Of a DNA stretch of 64,000 nt, positions 1 through 13,467 are shown piece after piece. The translations under genes were made by a program, and so were the position numbers. The notes under the pieces were generated by a model, which saw nothing but the letters and a program-made list of their open reading frames with translations, did no database searches and was not told the DNA's origin. The number at the start of each line of letters is the position of its first letter. The first letter of the stretch is position 1. Source of the DNA: Epiperipatus broadwayi (Eukaryota > Animalia > Onychophora); assembly GCA_028023455.1 (NCBI GenBank), contig JAQFVV010000009.1, positions 7,750,001 through 7,814,000 on the forward strand, in the 5' to 3' direction.

Positions 1-977
1 TTATAGTAGTAACCAGATGACTATTTTAAAACACTGATTATTGACATTTAAATCTATGCCCCCTTTTCTTTATTGGTTGAAATCCACATTTTACTGAAAC
101 TAAGAAAGGTTGCTAATCAAAAATTTAATTAATTAATATTCAAATTTTAAAATAAATCAATTATTTTATCTTGTCTAGACAAATAAAATTAAAAATATTT
201 TTGATACATTAATTTATAAATTAAAATTACAAAATAAAAAAATATTATACAATTGAAGTTTACACTGTTTGAATAAAATAAACATTACCCTTAACACTTA
301 ACATATTAATTTATCATTGATTTTAGCTTAGACAAGTTTCTCGAAATAATTGTCTTTTTAAAAAAAATTAGACATTTAATAAGTACTTTAAACTAATTAA
401 ATATTAAAATTAAAACTTTTATTCATTCATTCATTCATTCAGACATTAATTTGTCTATTATTTAAAAATCCTATCTTTAATTATTATTGACTTTATTAAA
501 CTGTTTGTAAGTAAATAAATTTAAATTACTTAATTATATTTTGTGTTAGAACTAAACTGAAATTAAAACATAAATTTAGCTGATTATCAACAAATCTGAA
601 TTCAGTTTTTAAGCTTAAGATTAATATCAGCTTTCTAAAATATTTTAGCAGTTAAATTATGAATAAATCAACACTATTAAATTTTAAGTACATTACCTAT
701 CATTTTAATTTATTAGCTATTAGAAATTTAAGCACTTTGGTTATAAATAGCACGTATCCATGACTAAAATATTATAAGTTAAGCAGTCAAAATTATTTTA
801 CAGCTATAAAATTAATAAGTATACGGATGTTACAACTTTTTATATGCAGAATCATAGCACTATAAGGCACTAACAAAATCTATTTACTATAAAATTAAAA
901 TATATACATTTTCTTAAAGATATTTTGGTATAAGACATGTCCTGGCATTTAGCTTAAGGGAAAAGCTAAAGATGACA
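1..977. repeat. ~1 kb dispersed direct repeat, copy 1 (cut by the window start); possible LTR
   Basis: Colinear with 10914-11899 throughout, e.g. ttatagtagt..., attcattcattcattcagac/t, cctggcatttag(c/t)ttaaggg. Many substitutions and small indels. Both copies end in CA at the equivalent position (976-977 and 11898-11899). Confidence 0.85.
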
Positions 978-1612
978 CAATTCCTTTGTGCTTATAGGGA
1001 AAAAAATTTAAGCATTACCAACTTTAATTTTTACAGTACAAAAAACTTTTTAAAATAGCACATTTGCAAACTTCAACATTATCATCACTTTAACAATTAC
1101 TATTAATTTCAACTTATATTCAAGCTATTCATTTAGCTTATATTTTTAAAAATTATTTATTCCCATGGAAAATGGTTTTAAGCTGTATGCATTGTAGGTA
1201 CCACATGGTCCATCAGGTGTGGAGAACATGGATACCTTTTCTCCCATTTAACTTATGATTTGTTATGGCCCATCATACACATTTTAAAATGATATGTAAA
1301 TATGCTTTTGGGGATTGCTTACATGAGGGGTCCAAACTGAAACATAGTCATGAACTTTAAAAAGGATGTGAATTTGATTTGAATTGATAAATGCACTTAT
1401 AACTCATTTTCTTATAAATTAATTCCAGTCTTCTCCTGATCAAACTCACTGTCAATATTCTTAAGAATAGGAGATAGAAAAGTTTTTATAAACAGTGACT
1501 CAGGCCATCCAAAATGCAATTGAATTGGATTAAACTTGGTGGATTTACTTATTGTAATATTAAGTCAATTATTTTATATAGTGCAATGTTTATTTTTATA
1601 AACTATAATATT

Positions 1613-2413
1613 TTAAAATCTAAAGCGTATGTGCAACAGTTTAATGCTGTTTAAAATATTATAGTTTATTGTAATATTATAATTAATGACATCTGGTAGC
1701 TTAGTGACCCATTGACTATGGTTTTTTTCAATGTAAGCACTGAACAATCTCCCTAATTTTTGCATTACCCACTCACGCAGTTTTGACTGAGAATTCCAAA
1801 TAGAGCTCATAATATGTTTAATATTTTTGCTTTTTTTCCATGTCCCAGATATGAATATGATAGCATGATCATTCAAAATAGAGGCTGGCCTTCCTATTAG
1901 AGGAAATTGGAGATTTCTCAGGCACTTAATCACATTTTTAGCATAAGTCTTTGGGTAAGCAGAAATATATTTTGTAAAAACATCACATGCCACAAGTATG
2001 AAATCTTGACAATTGAAAGGTGGAAGAGGCCTATGGCAACAATTCATTAGGTCTATCTAGAAATATGGGCTGGAACATTCCTACATATTACTAAATTTAG
2101 TTTTTAGACAAATTTCACATGATTTTATTCTGTTTGCTATTGTAGCTAACATTTTTGGCCAGTGAAAATATTGCCTAAGGATGTAATAAATATTCTGAAC
2201 ACCATAGTATCCATATTGACAGTGAGTATAATATGTTAACTTATTTACTAAACAAGGTGAAATTACTACCCTCCATGAGCTATCATCATCCCTAACTAAC
2301 CTATGCACTAAAATACTCTGTCTCAACTTATAATTATCCCTAATTCTAACTTCACCCTCATTCTGACTCTCTAACCTAGTAGGATCTACCAAAACATGTA
2401 CTATTTTCTTCAT
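1613..2413 (-). pseudogene. Gypsy integrase (H2C2 zinc finger plus catalytic core), disrupted
   Basis: ORF 2081-2413 has YTHCQYGYYG...LRQYFHWPKM...IKSCEIC. ORF 1613-2047 has FILVACDVFTKYISAYP...SILNDH...REWVMQKLGRLFSAY...HSQW. Confidence 0.9.
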
Positions 2414-2639
2414 AAGACTGAAGTGGAGCTAAGTTCTTATAATCATTATAGACTCCTCTAATAAAAGCATCTATATTATTAACTATAATGTTTTCTGCCC
2501 TAGGATTATGATAAATTACCTCAATTGGATTCATGCTAAGAACATCTGTGACTAATATTTTTACTTTCACATTATAAAATACTATAACTAAACTGCTGAA
2601 GATAAATGCTCCACTTAATCAATCTTTTATTGTTAAGAT

Positions 2640-3800
2640 AACTTTTATTTAAAAATTCTAAGGCACAGTGGTCAGTAATAGCTATAATCTAAGATCTCTA
2701 AATTTGTCTTAATTTCTGAAATCCCCAGACAACAGCTAAAGCTTCTTTTTCCATTGTGGTATAAATTCAATTCAGCATCTTTCAACTGTCTGCTTAGAAA
2801 ATCAACACTTTAGGTTCACCATTATTACCTATCTAATATAAAACTAATCCCAAGTCCAAATCCACTGCTGTCAGCCTGAAGGAAAAACTTTTTGCTAAAA
2901 TCAAAATACACTAATGTAACTTTATTTAAAGATGTGCTTTAATTTTATTAAACTCTGAAGTATGCTCTGGCATCCACCTCCTACATTTTAAACAAAACAG
3001 ACAAATCAATGTATCCTAAGCAAAATTTTTATAAAAGTTGAGGTAATAATTACACAGATCCCAGAATGATCTCAATTGTTTCCATGTTTTAGACACAGGA
3101 AACCTTTGGATAGCTGCAATGTTTTCCAGATGGGGTTTTATCCTCTCTTCATTGGTCAAATGACCAAGGAAGGTGATCTTTTTTTGCAGCCAAAGTGCAC
3201 TTCTCCAAATTTATTTGGATATTGTTAACTGAGTATTCATATAGGTAAAAGCATATAGGTTTTAATGATCAACCAAGTTTCTAGAAGCAATAACAATGTC
3301 ATCCACATACATGATTAAAATATCTTAATTGTTTAGAAAAGATCCTATTTAGAGGAGAGATCTGATCAAGCCAGAACCATTATTTACCAAATTAAAAGTC
3401 ATCCTTTCAAATACATAAGATTGGTCCTGATAACAGAATGCCATATATTTTTGATCATTTTCAGAAATGGAATTTGCCAATAATTGGCTGTCAGATCAAA
3501 TGTTGAAAATATGATTAATAATTCATATACAGATGAAGGTATGTAATACTCCAGAATAGTATGCTGATTGAGCACTTAGGAATAATTAAAAAATTTATAT
3601 AGATTGAAAGGCTCTTTCTAATAGTATACTATTGCAATATCTTATCTATCTGTTGTCAAACCTCTATGTCATACTGATACAGGTTCAGATACACATACTT
3701 TTGGAATGATTCATTACTACTTAATTTAATCCAATGGGTGTATCCCTTTAATATACTAGGGACCTTGGAGAAAATACTCCTTTTCAAGAACAACTATTGG
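2640..3800 (-). pseudogene. Gypsy reverse transcriptase and RNase H, disrupted
   Basis: Manual translation gives STFDLTANYWQIP, ENDQKYMAFCYQDQSYVFERMTFNL and YVDD (3298-3309), then RNase H FFLQADSSGFGLG and RQLKDAELN.../MEKEALAVVWGFQKL...TDHCALEFL. Confidence 0.9.
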
Positions 3801-4149
3801 TAAAATCTGTTCAAAATATTCTGAATCCATATTATATGAACAATTTAGCTTAAACTTAATATTTACATCAACTGTTGATTCTTGTACACACATTAATTAA
3901 CTAGGCTGACTGTCTAAATCAACCACAGAAAGAAAAAATTTCTTTTGATCTTTCAAAATTTTATTATCATAATAAATAAAACAGTTGCTGATATTCACAA
4001 AATCAGATCCAAGTATAGCTTCATTAATTAATCCAGGCATTATTAAAAGGAAATGCCAAATTCAGACATTAATTTTTAAGGTAATGAAGACATGCTTATT
4101 TGAAAGCTTAGTCTTCTTCCCATTAGCCAGTGTTACATGTATCATTTCT

Positions 4150-6450
4150 ATTGGCAGAAAAGGAATTATCTGATTAATACTACATATTTTTCTATATGTA
4201 TCTTCAGACAAAATAGATGCTTGACTATAAATGGGCAATTATACAAAAAGATGGCTCAGTTATCCTATATAGCTCTAAATAATCAATATCTAAATCTATT
4301 GTATTCATCAACCACATAACATTGTCCTTCATTATTGTACCTTTAGGGACTCACAGTGATGAGCTTCTTTTCAAGGTCCTACTTAGTTTAATGCACTATC
4401 TTTTGATTTACCCTTACCAATTAACTTTGGAAATGATTGGTAAAGGGTTGATCCAGATAATTATCTTTAAATTTTGATCCTAAGTTGGCTCTTATGTGGA
4501 TTATTTCTAGCATGAAAAACTGATCTATGATGATACTATACTTTGAATCAGTTTTCTGCTATGCTAGTGTTGCATGGCAGACTCAAACCATTCAAAGGAT
4601 AGTGGGATTTCCTGACTGTTTTTGTTTACTATCCATGTTTCTTTTACTAGCCTTGAATGCCTCTAGAATTCTAGCCACATTTCAATGGTATAATGATCTA
4701 CTATGATCAAAATCTGCTCCACATATTTTGGAAGATTATGATGGAGAATTCCATTTAATACTCAAATGTAGGAAAGACTGTTAAAGTCCTTACCTTAACC
4801 ATCATCCCTCTAAATAACTGTATATAGCTGCCTTTTTGTATTGCTAAACTTCTCCTGAGAGACTTGATACCATATATTGTCTTGATGATTCTCTTCCCAG
4901 AAACTGCATGGAATCAAAAGCTTATAATCCTCATATGTTTGTGGCTTCACAAACAGGGAGTTCCACCAGTCTTTAGATGTGACATAATAATGGTTGCTTG
5001 CAATGATGACCTTCTCTGTTTTAAAGATATAGCATAAAGGAAATAATTCTTTGAGATTTTTTAAGTACTCCATCAGGGTTCCAAGTACTCCCCACAAAAA
5101 ATTTAAATTTTAAAAAAATTAAGTACTATCAAATTACTTTTATTATTTTCACTACAATGTATACCTGGTATTTTAAAATTTCCATTTTCAGGTGGAATTT
5201 CATACAGAGAAATATTACCATTAGGTGATATAACATCATCCCTTAAAGAAAACTCTTTAATATACTTCAGCCACACCTGTAGGCCTATGATTATTTCTAA
5301 CTATACTGAAATTTTTTTGTACTTTTACATCTTTTAACTCCCTAGTTTTCTCATTGATGTTTTCAAATTTAGAACTCACCCTCATATTATCAAACAAAAT
5401 CTCAATATACCGTTTTTGTTCATGCCTAAAATTATTTATTTGTTGAATAAAGTCATTTTTCTGATCTGTTTTCTGATCAAGAAAAAACATTGATTCTATT
5501 ATGCTTTTCTGCCAAATTCATTTGTAACTGTTTTATATCTTTATCTAGATAGACTGTGAAATTTTAAATCTTTTTTACTTCAAGTTTAGACTCCTGCATT
5601 GAATCAATCATTTCATGCTTTATTTCATGCATGCTTAAATTAATCTGAAAATTTATATTTTGTTCAACTTCCACAATTTTATTTGTATACTCTATGGACA
5701 TTTTTCAATATCTTGATTTAAGTTAGCCTGCCTATTATCAGTCTGATTGAGTTGATTAATTCAAGTTTAAAAAATTCAGCAATTTGATTTGATTTAGCTT
5801 CAAGGTTTTCATTTAACTACTCATATCTATTATATGTTCAGCTAAATTTTCATTAGTTTTCTTTATATTGAACTCTAAGCTATTAAACATAACATCAAAT
5901 TCACTTTGATATTGAATAAATAATCTCTTATACTATCTAATTTTTGACCTGAGTCCTGTTTTTCTAATTTACAATTTTAATTTCATTGCTTTGAATCTTT
6001 GGTTAATAATATCCATAGTAAGCTCTTTGTCCTTTACCAATCTACACACTAATTATTTTTTAATACTAACTCAAAGCTCTTCCTTGGACTCCATTATTTT
6101 ATATTCTAAAATTTTATGAGACTTGTATAATTTATCATTCAAATCTTCTAACTTATCATTTAACTGGCAAAGGTTATTATCAAATTTTTTCTCTAGACAT
6201 TCTTTCAACTATTTTTGTAAAATACCAAGTTTATTAAGAGATTCTTTTATCTCTTTTTGTGAACTATTAAGTTTATTAAGGGATTCTTTCATCCCCTCAT
6301 TTTGAATCTCTTTGAAACTGTTTCATCTCTATTTTAGATTTCTTGAGATTGTTTTATCTCTTTCATTTGAATTGTATCTAATTTCAAATTTATTTTCAAA
6401 TTTAGTTTCCATAGATTTAAACAGCTGAATTATATTTTTCATTGGGATTA
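4150..6450 (-). pseudogene. Gypsy gag (coiled coil plus retrotransposon-gag core) and aspartic protease remnant
   Basis: ORF 4810-5097 (KDWWNS...TYEDYK...SFWEENHQDNIW) resembles the gag core. K/E-rich coiled-coil frames lie at 5250-6450. SQASILSEDTYRKI near 4190-4230 resembles the segment after the protease D(S/T)G motif, which itself is lost. Confidence 0.65.
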
Positions 6451-9400
6451 AAAGATGGTACATCTTAGGTCCTTCACAAAATTAACATTTTGATAAGTAG
6501 GAAATCTCCCCATTCAATATTTTGGGTATTATGGGACAATATTTCCTGGAACCCACAAAATCATCAACATTTTCTGAATCACTCAAATTTTTATAAAATT
6601 TTATATCACTAATAATTTATACAGGTCCAAAAATCCAAATATCAACTATCAAGGCATTTAAAATCCTCACAACAGCAACTTTACCAATTCCCTACTTCTA
6701 AAATATTCTAAATACTAAAATACATTTTAAAAATATAATTTCACATTATCATCCTCAGAAATCTTTGAAGTATTTTATTTTAAAATTGACTATATAATTT
6801 AAATAAATAACATTAATTAAGAATACAATTCACATTATTATGCCTAATAAAATAACTGAAAATAGAAACTTAGTAATAATAAGCAATTAAGATTTTTATT
6901 AAACTAATTGAAAATTATAATTGGATCAATGCAAAATTGACCAAATGTTCAACTTTTATTACAAAATATAAATCACTATATTATAATTATCATTTTGGTA
7001 TGGCATAAGAATCTGATCACTGCAATATATGACAACATAACAAGATGCTTTATACATATGACTACTATCCAATCTATCAGACATAGTAAAACACAAATCA
7101 ACTACTATTACAACTTATGCCCATATATCTAGTTGAGATTTTTAAAATAACCCATTTAGTTAGACCATTACATCTAACTGAAGGCCCCATGTTGTGTGCC
7201 AAAACTGTAACCTATAAAGAGATTCAAATCATTAATATATATATATCTATCCCCAAATGCTTATTCAGGAAAATCAATCAGTATTTTCAGCTGATTGAAG
7301 TCCAACATGATGGGCAAGCCAAATTTGTAACCTTAAAAAGTATCACTGAACAAGCTCAGTTGGTTTAGAATAAATGCCATATGCCACAATAAGAAAAGAT
7401 ATAGTGATAAGTAATTATAATAAATATTAAAATACAAAGCAATATTATCAAGAACTTAAAAAAAGGAGAACTCTCAACTCACTTTAATATAAATACAAGA
7501 CTTGTATTGCAAGCATATGCTATTAAGGTTACATTTAAAAACTTTTCTCTTACAATATCTACTACCACTACCATATTTCTTATTGGTATCGTAAGTATCT
7601 CATTGCTATGAACAAATAAAACATGTTTAATTTTATAAAATTTAAAAGTTATTTTAAATCTTTCCCACAAGATATTTGTTTTATAATTTCTTCATCAGCA
7701 AAATAATTTTAATAATATGACTTTTAAAACAAATTAGGGTAACTTACTCCTAAGCTAATATCTTATCACAATTACAATAATAATTATTATTAATTTAAAA
7801 AAAAATGCAACATGATTTCTTAATTTGGAATAAATTAAGTATTTTAGGATAATATTCAGATTTCAAGAATGGGTTAGGGATTTTTATAGCTATTCTAAAT
7901 ATCATAGAATAAATCCACCTAATATCTTCCAGATATGAGCTAATTCATCTCTTAAATCTATCATGAAATAATAAATATAATTTTTCATATTTAAGACAAC
8001 AGTTTCAAAATAAATAAGTACACTGATCTTTTAATAAGTAAACTAAATTGGCTGAAGTGATTTCAAATTAAAATATGCAATTATAATTTTTATTAAGCAA
8101 AATACATATTTCTTAGATGAAATTCCCATACTTAAATATAATTCTATAAAGTGACTCATCAGTTTCAATGTTCATATACTCTTATGACAAAACACTTAAA
8201 ATCATTTATGTGTATTTTTATAATTGTTTAGATTTCTAGTTAATGAATGGATAATGCAGATAAATGTTTATATAAAATTTCTTAATAAGAAAAACAAATA
8301 TTTATTTTACAGCAAACAAATACAAATAATATCAAGTCACAAATATATCCTTTTGTTCCAAAACCCCAAGAGCTTCTACAAACATTGCTTTCTTTTTAAG
8401 ACTATGTCAGAAGGTTAAGTTACAACTGAGTTTATGTAAAATAATAAGTTTGGTTAAACAAAAATAATCTGGTTGGTCAAAGGAACTTTGTTAATCTATG
8501 TTCTAATAAGTTCTCACATATTAAATCATTCATATAATGATAATATCAATTTCAGGAATAGTGTCCCTTTTATGAATATTTTAACCATACTTAAAAATAC
8601 AAGCTTACCAATTTCAGTGATGAAGGAGTTATGAGAAGTGTATAATGTCTATTTATATCTAAAATATAATTTAAAATTTTAAAGCTAATTTATGTCCTAA
8701 CTCAACAAAGCTTAAATATAGCACCAAATTATCAACAATATGTAATTCATATCTAAATAAACCAAGAATGCCATAGAGATAAGGGATTCTATTCCTCAAT
8801 ATCTTGATAAAAACAAGTATAATTGCCATAGAAAGTCATGATAAAATATTAGACATGCTTTACAAAATACATTTCTAAAATAAACTAAATTTTTGAGACA
8901 AGGCAAAGTAAACATATGATAGCCTAACTTAAAATAAGTTCACCTACTTTTGAAGGCAACAAAATGATTTAGGATTTTGTCACTAGTCAAGGAATGATAA
9001 GAATTCACATCAGAGACAATAATACTAAATAGAATTGCCTTAAACTAGAGAATCTAAGCTACAATCTGCAACCCTAGGGAGATTAATTATATATGAGAGA
9101 CTGCTGCTACCATCATAAACTAGCAAAAAGGATGTGAGCACATACTAAATCTCTAATGGTACTGGTAAAAATAAGTATTCTTAAATAAAGAGAGAGACTA
9201 ATTGGGAACTCTAAGAAAAATACTATATCTAACAGATATGAAAGATGATAAATTATAATTAATGCTAAATATAATTTTATTAAAACTAGGCAATAAATAA
9301 GCAATCAATTAAGTAATAGAAATATACATTTGCTCATACTGCATCAGTGTAATAATATATATCTTATAAATAAATGATTCATATGAAAAAGGAAACATAC

Positions 9401-10913
9401 TGTTTAAAAATATGCAAATATCATATACTGATATTCTGAGAACTTTGATCAAAATATTATTATTAAAATAGCATATAAAATCATAAAAATATTATGCATT
9501 TAAAATAATAACCTTGTAAGCAAAATTGTATGCATAAATAAAATATGAACCTTTCCCATTTTAAAATAAATAAAATAAAGTTCTTCTGTTTCTTTTGTTT
9601 TTCTACTATTAACCATTAAATGGTAAAAGAAACAGTCTATTCAGCAACAAAGGTTTGTGAACACAAATATCATTTAATTAAATAAAGCTTTTAATTTTAA
9701 ATAAATTATGCTAGCAAACTATAAGTATGGTCATTTACTGAGCAGATTTTTATGGATTAATAAATATATTATTAAGATGCAATATAATAAGTTTCACAAT
9801 TAATTTGAGTCTTTTGATTTTAATTCTTCAATATGTTTTATTCATTAATGATGAAAATAGTATTCAGAAGAATAAATAGTTACTTTCAAATAGTAATTTA
9901 CCAGGAGAGATATTTTTTAAATATTATAGTTTTTAAACTACAGTTGTAGTTTCCATAGTAACACTAAAGGAGAGAGAGAGCTATCCAGGCTTTCAAAATA
10001 ATTTTGCAGGAAAAGTTGATTTAAATAATGTAAATATAACATCAGTTGTATGAATATTTAATGTTTCCATTTATAAAGTAAGTACTTCATTTAAATACTT
10101 GAAAATATTTGTTAATTTTTTTTAATGTATTCATTTTTTCTCCCTCAATCCAAGTAATATATTTCTTTCCTCTGAGGAGAAAGTAGTCATAATAAATGAG
10201 AGTTCTTTTATACAGTTATAAAGTAATAAATAATGTTTCATTAAATAACAACACAAATAATTGTCTATTTCAACAGGATAATATAATAATATCAACTATT
10301 TTTCCTTCTTTCTTGCAGTCATAATATAAACTGGTAATGTACTTATCCTAATAAAGTAATTTTTTAATTAGATAAAATTCAAAATTTTTTACCTGATGTA
10401 AATTAATTCCAGATAATGTTCTTAAGAAAATAAGTATTTTAGAAAATATACGATAAAGTTATTTAACATTTTAATAACATTATTGTTTTTGCTGCTAAAA
10501 GTTTCATATATCTTACAACAAACTTAAATATAAAATAGACATTGAAATTAATAATGGTCTGTACTTTATCATAGTGACAATGATAATGTCTTCACAGCTT
10601 TCAAATATGCAAAGTTTAAATATACTAAGTTTGAACATAGTAATTATTAATTAATTTTACCAATAAAGCTGGCTGGAAAAAATATTTCTTTATTTGATGT
10701 TTATATTCAGATATTGTGTCTAGATAATTTTAAAAATTACCCTAACATATTTGAAGCTAAGAAATAAAAAGTTTAAATAAAATTACACTGCTTAATTAAA
10801 CTGAGGTTTAAAAAAACCCAAACACAATAAAAAATTGATTACAAAAGTATGATGTTAACAAGAATAATATAGAATGAATAGTGGGGAGAGTGCAATATAT
10901 CAATTTTATTTAT

Positions 10914-11899
10914 TTATAGTAGTAGTCTGAGGACCATTTTAAAATACTGATTATTGACATTTGAATCTATGCCTCCTTCTCTTTACTGGTTTAAATCCAT
11001 GTTCTAGTGAAAATAAGAAAGGTTGCTAACAAAAAATTTAATTAATTAATATTTGATTTTTAAGATAAATCAATTATCTTGCCTAGACAAATAAAATTAA
11101 AAATATTTCTTGGTATATTAATTTATAAATTAAATATTATGAAATCAAAATAAAATGTCTGAAATATACATTGTTTGAATAAAATAAACATTACTCTTAA
11201 CATATTAATTTATCATTGATTTTAACCTAGACATGTTTCTCAAAATATAATTTTATAATGTCTTTTTTTAAAAATTAAACATTTAATAAGTACTTTAAAC
11301 TAAATAAATGTTATAATTAAAACTTTTATTCATTCATTCATTCATTCAGATATTTATTTGTCTATTATTTAGAAATCCTACCTTTAATTATTATTGACTT
11401 TATTAAATTGCTTGTAAGTAAATAAATTTAAAATACTTAATTATATTTTGTGTTAGAACTTACCTAAAATTAAAACATTATGAATTTATCTCATTACCAT
11501 CAAACCTGAATATAGAATTTGAACCCAGTTTTTATATTTAAGATTAATATCACCTTTCTGAAATATTTTAGCAGTTATATTATAAATAAATCAACACTAT
11601 TAAATGTTAAGTACATTATCTATCATTTTAATTTATCACCTATTAAAAATGTAAACTTTTGATATAAATAGCATTTATCCAAGATTGAAATATTATAAGT
11701 TAAAACTCTCAAAATTATTTTGCAGCTATAAAATTAACAAGTATATGGACATAGCAACTTTTTATAAGCAGAATCATAGCATTATAAAGCACTAATGAAA
11801 TTGATTTATTATAAAATTAAACTATATAATTTTTTTAAAAGATATTTTGGCATAAGACATGCCCTGGCATTTAGTTTAAGGGAAAAACTAAAGGTCCCA
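10914..11899. repeat. ~1 kb dispersed direct repeat, copy 2; possible LTR
   Basis: Colinear with 1-977. A purine tract GTGGGGAGAG followed by TG lies at 10881-10892, just upstream. Confidence 0.85.
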
Positions 11900-13467
11900 A
11901 TATATATTCCAGTCATTATAAGTTGACTCATATTTATGATGTAATTTTATAGAAAATTAAATAAATAAAGGGATTTTGTGTAATTAAATGTGTTGCACAT
12001 GGTGTAGGTTTAAATCCTGTGTGAAACTAATAGTGAGAACTTTTTATGTATTTGTCTTGTAACCAGTCTGGTGCCATCTAGTATTGATCAGTAGAAGTCT
12101 TCTATATGTAACAGGAAAATAAAGTAAGAAAGGAAAGTTATAAAAATCTTTCCCCAACTGATAATATGTGTGTTGTGTCTTCTGTGTTAGACTGCAGAAG
12201 CACAAAGAAAATCTTTGCCCAGCTTAGAATAACAAGATCTGCTTTTTTATAAAAAAATATATGAATTAAAATAATATACCTTTAGTAGATATTGTTTAAA
12301 AATCAAAGACTGATGAAAAAAGTTTACAGCAAAAACAACAATGAAAAATAATTTTATGATATCAGAAATAAACTATTAGCACTAATATGCTTCTTTTTGA
12401 TAACATCATTGACCATTCTTTTATTATTGGTCTGTCATTATCAAAAGAATTAGTACTCCATAGAATGTTTTTTTAATATATGTAAACCAATGAACAACAT
12501 TTATATTGAAATAGTGAAGAGAAAGCAATAAAATAATTAATTTCCTAGGTTTGAATAATAAATGAAAGTATAAACTTTGGAAAAAAAATGCAGCAGCTAT
12601 AAGAATTAATTTTAAATAAAAAGTTAGATGAATTTGGGTTCTCTTAGAGATGTTTAAGAAATTGGAGGTATTTTAATAGAAATAATTATTAGTTACATTA
12701 AAAGGAAATTCAATTTGGAAATGCTATATTTAATTGAAAAAATCAACTCAGATAAATCAAACTAATTTGCCTGTATTATTAATTGAGTAATTATTGTATG
12801 ATATGATAAAAATAAGGTCAACTGCAAAAGGCAAAGAAGATGATCTTATTATAATAGAAGAGAATAACTAATAGCAATGCGAATGTAAACTTCTACAGAA
12901 AACAGTATATATATATATTACATTAGAAAATTGTGCAAAAAAATAGTCAGAGCTGACAACTAATTCTAGAACTAAAATACTATTTAAAATAGTAGCTCTT
13001 ATTCATTTTATTCTTCTGTCATATAATCAAAATAATTTTTCGAATGTTACCATTAAATGCCATTTTAAAGTGATTATTTTGTTTTATTGATTAAAAAAAA
13101 TGTAATTTTACTTAATTTACAAAATCCAATAGATTTGTTATTTCTTTGAATTTTATTTGTAATTGTTTCTTTATTATTACAAATAATATGTATACTGATA
13201 TGTAATTTAATTTCTAAATTCTTTTATATATATATTTTTTAAAGATTTATTTAACAATTAGGCAACCTGTCTTCCAAGAGGTAAGTCTAATTTATATTTA
13301 ACTATTAGTTTATTGTATGAGTAGTATTAATAGCAGTTTAATCACATCATTGTTTTATCAAATCTGATGGTTTAATAATCATCATTATATATAAATATTG
13401 AAGATTATTGTTAGATAATAACTACATTTATAATTGATTCTTAATCAAAAGTCTCCTTATTGTAGAG

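Larger units (their letters stand above)
1160..6450 (-). mobile_element. Degenerate Ty3/Gypsy LTR retrotransposon, internal region (gag-PR-RT-RNaseH-IN)
   Basis: Minus-strand translation gives the Gypsy domain order: gag, protease remnant, RT, RNase H, integrase, GPY/F motif (YDGP*QII at about 1255-1277). Many stops and frameshifts. Confidence 0.92.

Noticed and set aside
7000-9200. Possible ancient plus-strand LINE (KEIQIINIYI, YELIHLLNLS, HSYNDNI echoing the APE, RPISLLN and YADD motifs)
   Set aside because: The motifs are too degenerate to call by eye. An HMM or TBLASTN search with frameshifts is needed.
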